From the NCBI RefSeq assembly GCF_009914755.1, contig NC_060931.1: a DNA stretch of 64,000 nt, one strand, 5' to 3'. The notes below the pieces were generated by a model. The model was not told where the DNA came from. It was given only the letters and a program-made list of their open reading frames with translations, and ran no database searches. The position numbers were made by a program, and so were the translations under genes. Source of the DNA: the human T2T-CHM13v2.0 reference genome, Homo sapiens. Shown piece by piece: positions 1 to 12,992 of this stretch; position 1 is the first letter of the stretch; every line of letters starts with the position of its first letter.

Positions 1-143
1 GGAATCAGGAATTTCCAGTCACATATTTAATTCTTTGATCAGGATAAAGGAAATTAGCTAAGATGTGAACATCGCATTTGTCTAAACACTTTATTCTCAT
101 GGGGAAAGCCAGGCTGAATTGAGAAGAAAGGACACACAAGACT

Positions 144-697
144 TGTTAAAGGAAAGGGGTCCCAATCCAGACCCCAAGAGAGGGTTCTTGGATCTTGTGC
201 AAAAAAGAATTCAGGGTGAGTCCACAGTGCAAAGTGAAAGCAAGTTTATTAAGAAAGTAAAGGAATGAATGAATGGCTACTCCATAGACAGAGCAGCCCC
301 AAGGGCTGATGGTTGCCCATTTTTATGGTTATTTCTTGATGATATGCTAAACAAGGGATGGATTATTCAGGCCTCCCCTTTTTAGATAATATAGTGTAAA
401 TTCCTGACATTGCCATGGTATTTGTAAACTGTCATGGTGCTGGTGGGAGTGTAGCAGTCTGGATGACCAGTGGTCACTCTCATCACTATTTTGGTTTTGG
501 TGGGTTTTGGCCAGCTTCTTTACTGCAAGCTGTTTTATCAGCAAGGTCTTTATAACCTGTATTTTGTGCTGATCTCCTATCTCTTCCTGTGACTTAGAAT
601 GCCATAACTGTCCAGGAATGCAGTCTTGTAGGTTTCAGCCTCATTTTAGCCAGCTCCTGTTTAAGATAGATTTGCTCTGGTTCACATGCCTCTCACA
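144..697 (-). mobile_element. 3' LTR, MER41A-type (554 bp)
   Basis: Minus strand starts TGTGAGAGGCATGTGAACCAGAGC and ends CCCCTTTCCTTTAACA. AATAAA on minus at 245-250. Adjacent to the PPT. Confidence 0.9.
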
Positions 698-714
698 TTT
701 ACTCCCTCCCTTTT
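698..714 (-). other. Polypurine tract of the provirus
   Basis: Minus strand AAAAGGGAGGGAGTAAA directly abuts the 3' LTR. Confidence 0.85.
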
Positions 715-2502
715 GTAAGAGAACCCTTAATCCTAAGGGTTGCAGAGAGACAAAGATCTATCTTCTGTAACTTCTTCAGGCTGAACAGAGGCAATGATAT
801 TCCTGCCTAACTATGAGTGTCTCTTGCATTCAGGGAAGGGATGAGTTCAGTGAGAAAGCATCAGTATGGTAAGGTCCATTCACAACTCCTGAGTTTCAAC
901 AAAAGGTGATATCTGGAAGATTAATAAGTGTTTAATTTAAGAAAACATTCAGTAAGCTTGTCCTGTCTTCCTACAAAAAGAACTGATTGGTTCACAGGAA
1001 TAAGCAGCATTAGCCTAAATTGCAGAAACAAACTTAAAAACAACAAATGAGACTAAAATTTAATAACAAGTGTACCATAGTTCTTGAAACGCATTATTTT
1101 TCTTTCCAGTTTCCCATTTTTACTAAAGACAAATCATGGTAAGATTGATTTGCTTTATTATATTTGGCCTGGTTATTTGTATTAAGTGTATCAACAATAA
1201 TTATTTTCACATAGGATCTTTTTAAATGGGCTTTGATGGAACTCTGTTTTATAGAAGGAATCTTACATAAGACTTTTTAAAACCAAGCTCTGCCATGGGT
1301 TTGTACCCTCAAACACCCATGAGTTGAGTAAATCCCTTCCCCTTGTGGACTCAAGATAAGTTGGGGCTCTTGGATCTGTCAGAAAGTCACATTCTTTACT
1401 TACCACAGCTCAGAAACCCTGTGCAGGGACTGTTGCAGACAAGGTCTGAGGCCAGTTCTCCAAGGGGCTTTTGTTGGCTTTAAAAGTCAAGTTTGATTCC
1501 TTAAAGGAAAACACACCATTTTAGTTAAAGCATTGGTAAAATAACCAATTTCTCCAATTGTGTCCTGTGACAAAAGAAAACAGATTCTTATTGCATTTAT
1601 GCAAGTAACTATATTGCCATAAATTAAGAATACTCAAAAATAGTTTCCAAATTTTGGAGTAATCAGGTAGAGAGGAACAAATATGCTCCAAATTTTGTTC
1701 ACAGGAGTGTACTTTACTCAATTGCTTAAAGCTGTAAATAGCTCAAAAAAAAGTTTCCTTGACGCTGAAAAACAAAACAAAGGATCAGCAGTGTTTTAAG
1801 CAAAGTTAAAAAGATTACTTCAGTTGTTGATTGGTTCAGTTAATTCAGTTAACTCCTGTTTGGTATTCATGAACATTCTATTTGGTATTCATGAACATTC
1901 CAGCTCTTCATGAGAGTTCTGAAAGTTGTTTCCTCTATTCTAATGTTACAATTTCCAAAGTTAATAGAAACTTGCATTTAAGAACACCTGCTAGAGTTCT
2001 ATAGTTGATTATAAACCACCTTCTAAAGAGAATTAAAAGAAGGCAACAATTGTCTGTAGATGATAAAAAGTTTTAGGACAGCCACTATTAAAGCCACAAT
2101 TGATAAGGAAATTTGATTACTTCTGTGGTGCACAAAATTTTACACAGCAATTATAATTATTAATAACATACACTAAGTCATTAGAATTATAGGAGTTCCC
2201 TAAAACTTTAAAACATATACCAATAACATACTTATGCAAATATAGCCCAAAGAAAGCAAAACACCATTTTATATTTGATAATGCTTCCTGTATGACCCTT
2301 ATACCAAATAAGCATAATTTCACCTATACATTAATGTACTATTAATGTTAAACACAATTTTCAATAAAACCTTATGGACATATTTACCCAATTTTAATGT
2401 TCAACCATAAGGTATGATTCTTATAAACCTTTTATAGCCATTTACATTTTTGTGTGTGTGAAAGAGCAGATCACTGCTCTAAGAAAAATCTACTGTGCTT
2501 TT

Positions 2503-2794
<292 letters not shown>

Positions 2795-4260
2795 CTATTG
2801 TGCTTTTATTCTAATGTCTAATTCACAGAAAAAATGAATAATACCCTTTTAACTTTAGCCAATATGTTCACATACAGAATCTCTTACAATTAATTTTTAT
2901 AAACCTTCCACAACTTGTTTAAACCTTTAGATATTTTTTCTTACTTAAAACAATCCTTTAACACTTTAGGCAGAAAAAAATCCACATTTCCATGACTTCT
3001 TATAATCTTTCACCAAAAACACATTTTACTTTCTTTACACACCTTCCATGTAAAATTGTTTCTTTAGTAGTTTCACTTACATATTATAATGTTAACCCTT
3101 AGCAACTTTTATTTTTGGTGAAAACCTTGGTAAATTCGAGATTTTAATTGTGTACTAGGTGTGGAGCCTAGCCTAGGACACACCAGGCAAAAGTGCAGAT
3201 AAGAGCTGAGTCTCCAGCATAGTTAAGGGGTGTGGCTAGCTCCACATGTCCCCAGTCCTTATGTAGCTGTAAAGCAGTCAAGTTGTTCAGTAAGAGTCAT
3301 AGTGGCATTTCATGAAGCATTTAGGAGGCCTAACAATCTTTGAATTGTATAACGTTTCTTGCATAAATTCCCTTTCACAAATCTTTTCATGACTTACACA
3401 GACCATCTGAGACATTCTTGGACTTTCTGACTTGCCCTAAGCATCTCTCCATTTAAACAACCAGTCATTTTACTTTAGGACGAGAATTCACCATACAAGA
3501 TCCTTTCTTATATAAAATCTCTTTCTTTGTAATCTTCTTGTATAGCTGGGGGCATGGCTAATTCCACATATCCCCAGAACTTATCTAGAATCTAATGGCT
3601 TTAAGGTAGGTAAATTTTTTTAAAAGCTAAAGAGGCAGTTTATGACCTTAAAGCATTTAGCAAACTTAATATCTGACCTACATAATTTAGTCTAAATGTT
3701 TTTATCAATACTTTTTGAAGCTGTTTTTATTTCCCAAAGATTACTAAAGTTACATAAACTAAAAGGTATTACAGTTTTTATTTTGCTTTCAAGATATTTA
3801 AGTGTTTATTTTTGTTTAAGCCAATTAATTACAGCCCTTTTACATAAACATTACCCACAATACATATATAGCTACACAGAAAGACAGAAGAAGATTACTG
3901 CAGTAATTGCAAGATTTTTTATTTGTCAGTTTTTAAGTTTCTTAATTGGATTACTGGCTTTAGGGTGGAGCCCTTGGAAAAGCAGAGCCAGGAAAGGAGT
4001 CTCTGGTGCCTCCTGTTTTTCCCAAGGAGCTCAGGCTCTAAGAGCTTCAATATCTGCTTTTAATTAAACTGATTTTTAACCATAGCACTCTTTAATAAAA
4101 GTTCTTTTAGAATTTCTTATGCCAAACAGCCAATATTTCTGGTTTTTGAACTTTATCAAAGGTAACCTCCCAGGTGCTTAGAGAAGGAAAATTTAAGACA
4201 GTCCAAGGAGGAGAAGAGAGTAGACAAGGTCATGTATATATTCAACCAGAAATAACTTAA

Positions 4261-4336
4261 TTCCTGGGTGAGGAATCGAACCCAGACCACCACTGTGAAA
4301 GTGCAAAACTTTAGCAACCAAACTACAGCACAGGGC
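4261..4336 (-). pseudogene. Decayed tRNA-Glu(TTC)-like sequence inside the ERV
   Basis: Minus strand GCTAAAGTTTTGCACTTTCACAGTGGTGGTCTGGGTTCGATTCC aligns to tRNA-Glu GCTAGGATTCGGCGCTTTCACCGCCGCGGCCCGGGTTCGATTCC. Anticodon loop CT-TTC-AC and B-box GGTTCGATTCC are intact; stems are degraded. Confidence 0.65.
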
Positions 4337-5821
4337 AGTCTCCATTTTCTTTCCAGGAGGTAGTCTAGAATAGTTACTTTTGAGCTTGCAAAGGCTTTTA
4401 ACTATTTAATGTGATTTTTACAGTTAACTATGACTTGAACCCTAAAATTCCTGTTCCTTGGAAGGCAGAGACCTAGAGAAAGTACTGCCACATGGTTAAA
4501 AGGTCAAGCTCCCAAGGACATAAAAGAAGGTGGAGACTTCATCCAGTTTTTTTGTTTGTTTCAGGGATCTGCAACCAAGTTTGTTACTGACCAGCCTGCT
4601 AGGTCATCTTGAAAAGCGGGCTTACAGGTACTCTAAGCTCATGTTTTATCCTAAAGTACCCCTTGACACAGAAAAAGGAATTCATAGCACAAAACACACC
4701 AGCTTAAGACTAGCCTTAGAATTCTTTTTCGCATTAATCCAAACTTTTACAGAGGAGATAAACACTGATTTTTTTTTTCCATTCATTCAACCATTTGCAC
4801 AGAGAGAGAGAAACCAGAAACCTGACTGGTAAGAAATTTTACCCTTTTGCTGGCATGCCAGGCTTCTGGGTTCCCTTTCCCTGGGTGGCCCTAGTGATTG
4901 GGCTTGCGAAACCATCACCCTGGGGGCCAAGCCACATCATAAAGGAAAATTATTTTTTTTTCATTATGGTCAGAGCAAAATATGTATGTTGAAACATAGA
5001 TATTATCCACTCTGCTTAGCACCCATTATTAAACTGTCAAGGCTTAAATTTGCCCCCAGATGGGCCCTGTCATTTTTAATCCAACCTTTGACTTGGAGTT
5101 TCAACACATGGCCTCTGGGCAAGAGGAAAATACAGGAAAGGAAAAGTAGAGAAGGAAGGTACTTCCTGTGGCAGGGTAGGGAAGGTGAAGAGCTTAGGGA
5201 GGCCAGAGAAAAGACCTACTCATTGAAGCTGACAATGAAAAGTTCAGGCAGCTGCTTGTCAGTAGCAAAGGGATCTTTTCCTGCACTCCCATCAGCTCTC
5301 AAGTTTCCCCTTTTAGGGAGGAAAAAACTCCCAATATCCCACGATCCTGTATATGCCTAACCCTGTCACCCACAGCCATCAGCAAAGAGTGCAAGGAAGA
5401 TTAATCCAAAGACAATAGCAGTTAACCCCCCATAGTGCCAAACCTGTTCTTAGCCAAGGGGGACTTTACCCGAGAGGAGCCTCTAACCTCCTAAATCTTT
5501 GAAGGGACTCTAACCCTCCCAAGTACGGCCTCTAACCCAAGGTTGGTCAAGCGTCCTTGCCTTTTATTAAGAAGGGGCCTCTAACCCACTCTGTCTTAGG
5601 AGAGAACTCTAACTCCCCCAGTTTGGGCCTCTAACCCAATCCCATCCTTTACATGGGTACCCCACCACTTGCCCAAAGTCATCCAATCAGTGCTGCAGTC
5701 TATTTCCTTTGGGACAGGAGGTCTCCTCAGTATTGTCCCTTTTGTGGTTCACGAGAAAGATGTTACTGGACCCCACCACTTACCCAAAGTTAGCCTTTGG
5801 GTCTGGGTTTTCCACAGTATA

Positions 5822-5840
5822 GTCCCTTCTGTGGTCACCA
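5822..5840 (-). other. Primer-binding site, tRNA-Arg(TCG)-like
   Basis: Minus strand TGGTGACCACAGAAGGGAC, 6 nt after the 5' LTR. The complement of the tRNA-Arg(TCG) 3' end is TGGCGACCACGAAGGGAC (1 mismatch, 1 insertion). Confidence 0.75.
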
Positions 5841-5846
5841 GAAAGA

Positions 5847-6401
5847 TGTTACAGGAAAAGGGTCCTGATCCAGACCCCAAGAGAGGGTTCTTGGATCTTG
5901 TGCAAGAAAGAATTCAGGGCAAGTCCACAGTGCAAAGTGAAAGCAAGTTTATTAAGAAAGTAAAGGAATGAAAGAATGGCTACTCCATAGACAGAGTAGC
6001 CTCGAGGGCTGATAGTTGCCCATTTTTATGGTTATTTCTTCATGATATGCTAAACAATGAGTGAATTATTTATGCCTCCCCTTGTTAAACCATATAGAGT
6101 AAATTACTGACATTGCCATGGCATTTGTACTCTGTCATGGCACTGGTGGGAGTGTAGCAGTGAGGATGACTAGAGATCACTCTCATCACCATTTTGGTTT
6201 TAGTGGGTTTTGGCTGGCTCCTTTACTAAAACCTGTTTTATCAGCAAGGTCTTTATGACCTGTATTTTGTGCTGACCTCCTATCTCGTCCTGTGGCTTAA
6301 CAATGCCTTAACCATCTGGGAATGCAGCCTCGTAGGTTTCAGCCTCATTTTATCCAGCTGCTGTTTAAGATGGAGTTGCTCTGGTTCACACGCCTCTAAC
6401 A
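5847..6401 (-). mobile_element. 5' LTR, MER41A-type (555 bp)
   Basis: Minus strand starts TGTTAGAGGCGTGTGAACCAGAGCAACTCCATC. AATAAA on minus at 5948-5953. Followed by the PBS. Confidence 0.9.
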
Positions 6402-8109
6402 GACTGATCTTGACAAGTCACAGATCTCTAGATGAAATTTCCTAAAATGCAGCCAGTAGACTTCCTAGTTTTTAAATATATCAGTAAGAGAGAATTGTAC
6501 TGGGCATCCAACTAGCTACACTTTCAATATACACAAACGGCCCTTTCCCAGAACACTGACCTTCTTCCAGAAGATCTGCTTAGGAACATACTCCTGGGCC
6601 CTCTGAATGTGGGTTCAGGGAGCCAGAACCCACATTCTCCTTTGGCAAATGGTTTGTTTGTTTGTTTGTTTGTTTTTGGAGTCCGTTTTGCAGGAAATGG
6701 AGTTGTCCTCCCCTGAAGAACAATTGTGACCTGTTCAAACCCTGATCTGCTGCAGCACTGTGTTTGAAAAACTGTTAACACCAGAAGCCAGGATCTCTTC
6801 TTTTCCTTACCCTCACTGTATACTGAGCAATTACTGAGTAAGACCAACAGTGGCATCTCAAAGGTAGCAGGAAATTGCATCAGACTGGGCAGGACCAATT
6901 ATATTCAAGAATGATACTGAGCCATAGCGACAGAAGAAAGGACAACAGAAAATAGGCTAGTAGATTTTCTAGATTCTCCACTTAGCTCTCCAGGAGGTGC
7001 TTAGAAGCAACACTGGATCCTTTGAAATAAGACTTCTGTAGACTAAGTTTTAATGTATTTGAAGAGGGAGTAGGAGAAAGCTCTGAGATATTTAGTGAGC
7101 TTCCTGAGATGGCCATATGTTTATAGCTCCAAACTGTTTAATTAGAGGATATCACAAAGGAATAGTTTTCAAAGCACTAGAATCATAACTCTCATATAAA
7201 TATAAAATGAACATGTGTCAAAGACTTTCAGTTAACCTATAAATTAATAATGGAACCAATAAGATGTTAAAACTGCTTCAAGTGAGAATGTGATTTACAA
7301 AGGCTTATATTCTCTACTGGACAAATTCATTTGAATAGCTATGAACAGGAATCATTTGAATTGCTGTAGACAGGAATTCTTTCCATTATGATCAACCTTC
7401 TAGATGTTAACTTCGCCTGTACAATATTTGCTAATAGTTAAGTGAAAGTTGAACATTATTATAAAATGAGATAATTCCCAGAGGAGGGTTCGCTAGGCAA
7501 TGCTTGGCATTTCACTGAAAGGCACCCAGGAATCCTTTCCTTTGTTTCCATTTCCACATCTTTAACATTGTAAAAAAATGTTCTAAAATCAGACATGATA
7601 ACTATTTTTCTCTCCTCAACTGTCCAGCTGCTCCTAAGATATAAGATGCTCGTCATTGTTAAGGGAATTTTTAGGCAAGAGAGCTAAAACACTAAAATAT
7701 ACAAAGAAATAAATATAGAAAAACATTGTGAAAGACTTTAAAATGAACCCAGAAACTGCTGGAGTTCTGTCTAATGGACCCATCCAGATTATCTTTACCT
7801 TTTTTTTTTTTTTTTGGTCTTTGGGCTATTTTAAAATTATTTATGTTTGTGGAAAATAAGTAATAATGCAAATTATCTTTGTTCCTAGAAATGCATATTC
7901 ATTATGCCCAGTATAATGCAGTTGATTACTACTCTGTGGATAGACCTATTTTCCATATATTTGTAAATTCATTTTAGCATTTTGTATTTGCCTATGTGTG
8001 TATTGTGTTAATGTGTTTACATGTATGTACAACATATGTAACTGGTGGTAGCTTTGAACTGGTAGGAGAAGGCAAAAATATTGTTTTTTATCTTCATGGA
8101 ATATTTATA

Positions 8110-9369
8110 TGTTGACAGAAAAAAAGCAAACTCTGTAAAATAGCTAAAGAGTTTTATTCTGATTCAATATGAGGGACCATGGCCCTGGAAACAGTCTCAA
8201 GAGGTCCTAAGAAAGTGTGCCCAAGGTGGTCGGATTACACTTTGCTTTTATACATTGTAGGGAGACAGGAATTGTAGGTAAAATCATAAATCAATACATG
8301 GAAGGTGTACATTGGTTCAACCTAAAAAGACAGGATATCCTAAAGTGGGGGCTTACAGGTTGATATGGTTTGGCTCTGTGTTCCCACCCATATCTCATGT
8401 TGAATTGTAATCCCCACGTATCGAAGAAGGGGCCTGGTGGGAAGTGATTGAATCATGGGGGCGGACTTCCCGCTTGCTTTTCTAGTGATGAAGTTCTCAT
8501 GAGATCTGGTTGTTTAAAGTGTGTAGCACTTTACTCTCTCTCTCTCTCCTGTTCCATCATGGTAAGATATGCTTGCTTCCCCTTCACCTTCCATCATGAT
8601 TGTAAGTTTCCTGAGGCCTCCCAGCAATGCTTCCTGTACAGCTTGCAGAACTGTGAGTCAATTAAACCTCTTTTCTTACTAAATTATCCAATCTCAGGTA
8701 GTTCTTTGTAGCAATGTGGGAACAGACTAATACACAGGTCATAGGTGGATTCAAACATTTTATGGTTGGCGATTGATTGAAAGAGTTAAGCTTTGTCTAA
8801 AGGCTGAAGCCAGTAAAAGGGAGTGTTTGAGTTAAGATAAGGGGGTTGTGAAAGCCAAAGTTTTAGTTATGTAGATGAAGCCTCCAGGTAGTAACTTTAG
8901 AGAGAATAAATAATGGCAAATGTTTCCGTTTGAATCTTAAAAGGTGTTAGACTCTCTTAAATCCAGGAAAGCCCTGGCTGCATTAATGGAGATTCTCTGC
9001 AAATACAAATTTCCTTCATGAAAGTTGGCTTTGCAGGGCCATTTCAAAACATGTCAAAGAAATATATTTGAGATAAAATATTAGTATTTCCTTCAGAGTC
9101 TGCTATCTGTCATGTCAGTCAGGTTGGAATTTGATACCTTATTGCCACAGAGTCCATTCTGTCAGTCTTATGATCTCCATTTTAATGTCAATGCTGGTCA
9201 GTTGTGCCTAAACTCCAAAAGGGAGGGGGTATAACAAGATGTGTTCATTCTCCCTTCCCTTCCCATCACAGCCTGAAATGCAGTTTTTCAGGTTTGTTTG
9301 CAGTCCCTTTAGCCAAGAGGGAGTGCATTCAGTTGGTTGGGGGACTTAGGTTTTTATTTTTGGTTTACA
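8110..9369 (-). mobile_element. MER4-group solo LTR, split by a MaLR LTR
   Basis: Minus strand starts TGTAAACCAAAAATAAAAACCTAAGTCCCCCAACCAACTGAATG and ends GTCAACA. Sequence is collinear across the 8361-8734 insert. Confidence 0.75.
8361..8734 (+). mobile_element. THE1D/MSTA-type MaLR solo LTR
   Basis: TGATATGGTTTGGCTCTGTG...CAGACTAATACA. 5-bp TSD CAGGT at 8356-8360 and 8735-8739. Confidence 0.9.
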
Positions 9370-10500
9370 TTCATAAATGTGTTTTTCTAAATTTTATCTC
9401 TGTCAAGATTAAATGTATAATTAAAAAAGTGCATCCCAATTTTAAAAATCTTTCAAGAGATTAAGGAATACACACATGCCAGACCATTTCCTGTTTTCTC
9501 AACTTGATGCTTAGGAAAGTGTTGTATAGGCATCAGGAAACCAAGAAGACTGGGAAGCCTAATTGGCACATCCAATTCTGGAAACTTGGGATCCAAAGTC
9601 GTGTATCGCGATAATTCTGTATGTGGCTCTGATAGGCCTTCTTGGAGAATTAATGAAAATAAATTAAGGTGGGGTTCTTGGACACTCAAATGTAGACTCC
9701 TAAATAAAGTTGACAAAGTCTTCCCCTAACTTGAGAGCAGAGTGCCCAAGTAGACAGGGAAGACACCTCAGGGTAGAATAATCTCTAGGTTCGTTTTGTG
9801 GATGCTGTATTTGGATCCTGGTTAGAGGTGAGCATAAAGGAAACACTTTAGTTAGTTTCTTTAAAATGTCCTGTGGTTCTTCTGGAGAGAATTTGACACA
9901 ATGTGCTCCAGAGCAGGGCTATTGCAAGAGAAGGTGCTACAATTTCCTTTGAATAGCCTGCATGCATACACCACGAAAATTTAAAAGGTCAACACTGGTA
10001 GCAGAGAGAATTCTTTCATTGATGATCTGTAGACTTGGAACCAACGAGAGTCACTAGGTGAATGCTGAACGAAGTCATGGCATGCAAGATAACATGGCTT
10101 AGTTCAGGCAGGGAAGTAAGACAGCCGTAAAGGACCATTTCTGTGGGCTACCAAGGACTCTGCCAGGGAAATGATGTAGACTTGAGGGGAGTCTCAGTGA
10201 CTCTGCAAAGTGGGGCCTGAAAATACCAGATCAATGAGTTTATTCCCGGTCTTTGAATTCCTCACATCTTTTGGTCAGAGCCTGGGGGAGCAGAGTAATA
10301 TTTGTACTATCCCCGTGACTGTTAGTGGATCCTTAACTTTTCACCATTGCTGAGGCTGGTGTGACCAGAGGAAGCAAGAGTTGGCCAAAAGATATGGCCA
10401 AAAGATTCTAGCAGAGCTTTAGGAGAGCATTATAGACATGGATCAGAGGGAAACTTTCAGGTCAATGGAAAATTAAAACAAAGAAGAATAGTCACTTTTT

Positions 10501-10814
<314 letters not shown>

Positions 10815-10892
10815 AATAGTCATTTTTCTTTTTATTTGTTTTCTTTCTATTTTTATTTCTTCTTACTTTAAAAGAAAGTAAATTGTGTGTGA

Positions 10893-11240
10893 GTTTGTAG
10901 ACTAAAATGTTTATCTCCCCTCAAATTCATGTTGAAAGCCTAATCCCTAATGTAACTGATTATATTTGCAGGCAGGGCATTTTGGAGGTAATAGGTTTAG
11001 ATGAGATCTTGAGGATGGAGTCCCCATGTTGAGATTAGTGTTCTTATTAGAAGAGGAAGAAATCAGAGCCATCTCTCTCCCCATACACATATACCAAGGA
11101 AAGACCAATGAGCACATAGCAAGAAGACAGCTACAAGACAGGAAGAGGGTCTTCACCAGACACCAAATCTGCTGGCACCTTGATCTGGGACCTCCCAGCC
11201 TCCAGAACTGTGAGAAATATTTGTTGTGTAAGCCATCAAT
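10893..11240 (+). mobile_element. MLT1A-type MaLR LTR
   Basis: AAATTCATGTTGAAAGCCTAATCCC...CTGCTGGCACCTTGATC...CAGCCTCCAGAACTGTGAGAAATA, typical MLT1 blocks. Confidence 0.75.
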
Positions 11241-11335
11241 ACATATACATATATAGAATACAGCCACCACCGAATCCTATCCAATCCCATTCTCTCTCCA
11301 GAAGAAAATTCTATTATCAGTTGTCTGTATACACA

Positions 11336-12313
<978 letters not shown>

Positions 12314-12373
12314 CTATCTTGGACTCTTTCTATGTATTTTCACTTACTTACATTATTCCCCTTGGAGGTATAC

Positions 12374-12520
12374 TACTTAACCTCTGTGCCTCACTTTCTT
12401 CATCTCTAATGTGGATAATAATAGTTCACTTTCTAAGAAGCAATTGTGGGTTTCCAATGAGATAGCATATATAAAGTCATTGTTACAGTGATGGGCACAT
12501 TGGGAGTTTTCAAACATTCT
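12374..12520 (+). mobile_element. MIR
   Basis: Core ACTTAACCTCTGTGCCTCACTTTCTTCATCTCTAATGTGGATAATAATAG. Confidence 0.75.
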
Positions 12521-12690
12521 TAAGTCTGAATCTTGCTATATAGTTTGGTTTTATTTTCTGTTTTTTACACAAGTGGAATCATGCTCTTCGTGTCTTTGTG
12601 AAACTTGCTTTTTCATTTAGCAATATATCTAATATATCTTTTATGTCCAAATATGTAGCTCTACCTCCATCTTTATCATTATTGAGTAAT

Positions 12691-12992
12691 TTTTGTTTGT
12701 TTGTTTGTTTATTTTGAGAGGGAGTCTCGCTCTGTCACCCAGGCTGGAGTGCAGTGGCGCGATCTCGGCTCACTGCAACCTCTGCCTCCTGGGTTCAAGC
12801 AATTGTCTTAGCCTCCTGAGTAACTGGGACTACACGTGCACGCCACCATGCCCAGCTAATTTTTATATTTTTAGTAAAGATGGTGTTTCATGATATTGGT
12901 CAGGCTGGTCTCAAACTCTTGACCTCAGGTGATCCACCCACCTCAGTCTCCCAGTGTGTTGTGATTACAGGTGTGAGCCACCGCGCCCAGCC
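12691..12992 (-). mobile_element. AluSx-like
   Basis: Full antisense Alu. TSD ATTATTG(A/T)GTAAT at 12678-12690 and 12993-13005. Confidence 0.95.

Noticed and set aside
5003-5026. Minus-strand MGAKQSG* resembling a Gag myristoylation start
   Set aside because: Stops after 7 codons with no downstream Gag motif; may be chance.
3696-5971. 100-124 aa plus-strand ORFs inside the provirus
   Set aside because: Antisense to the ERV, with no gag/pol/env motifs.
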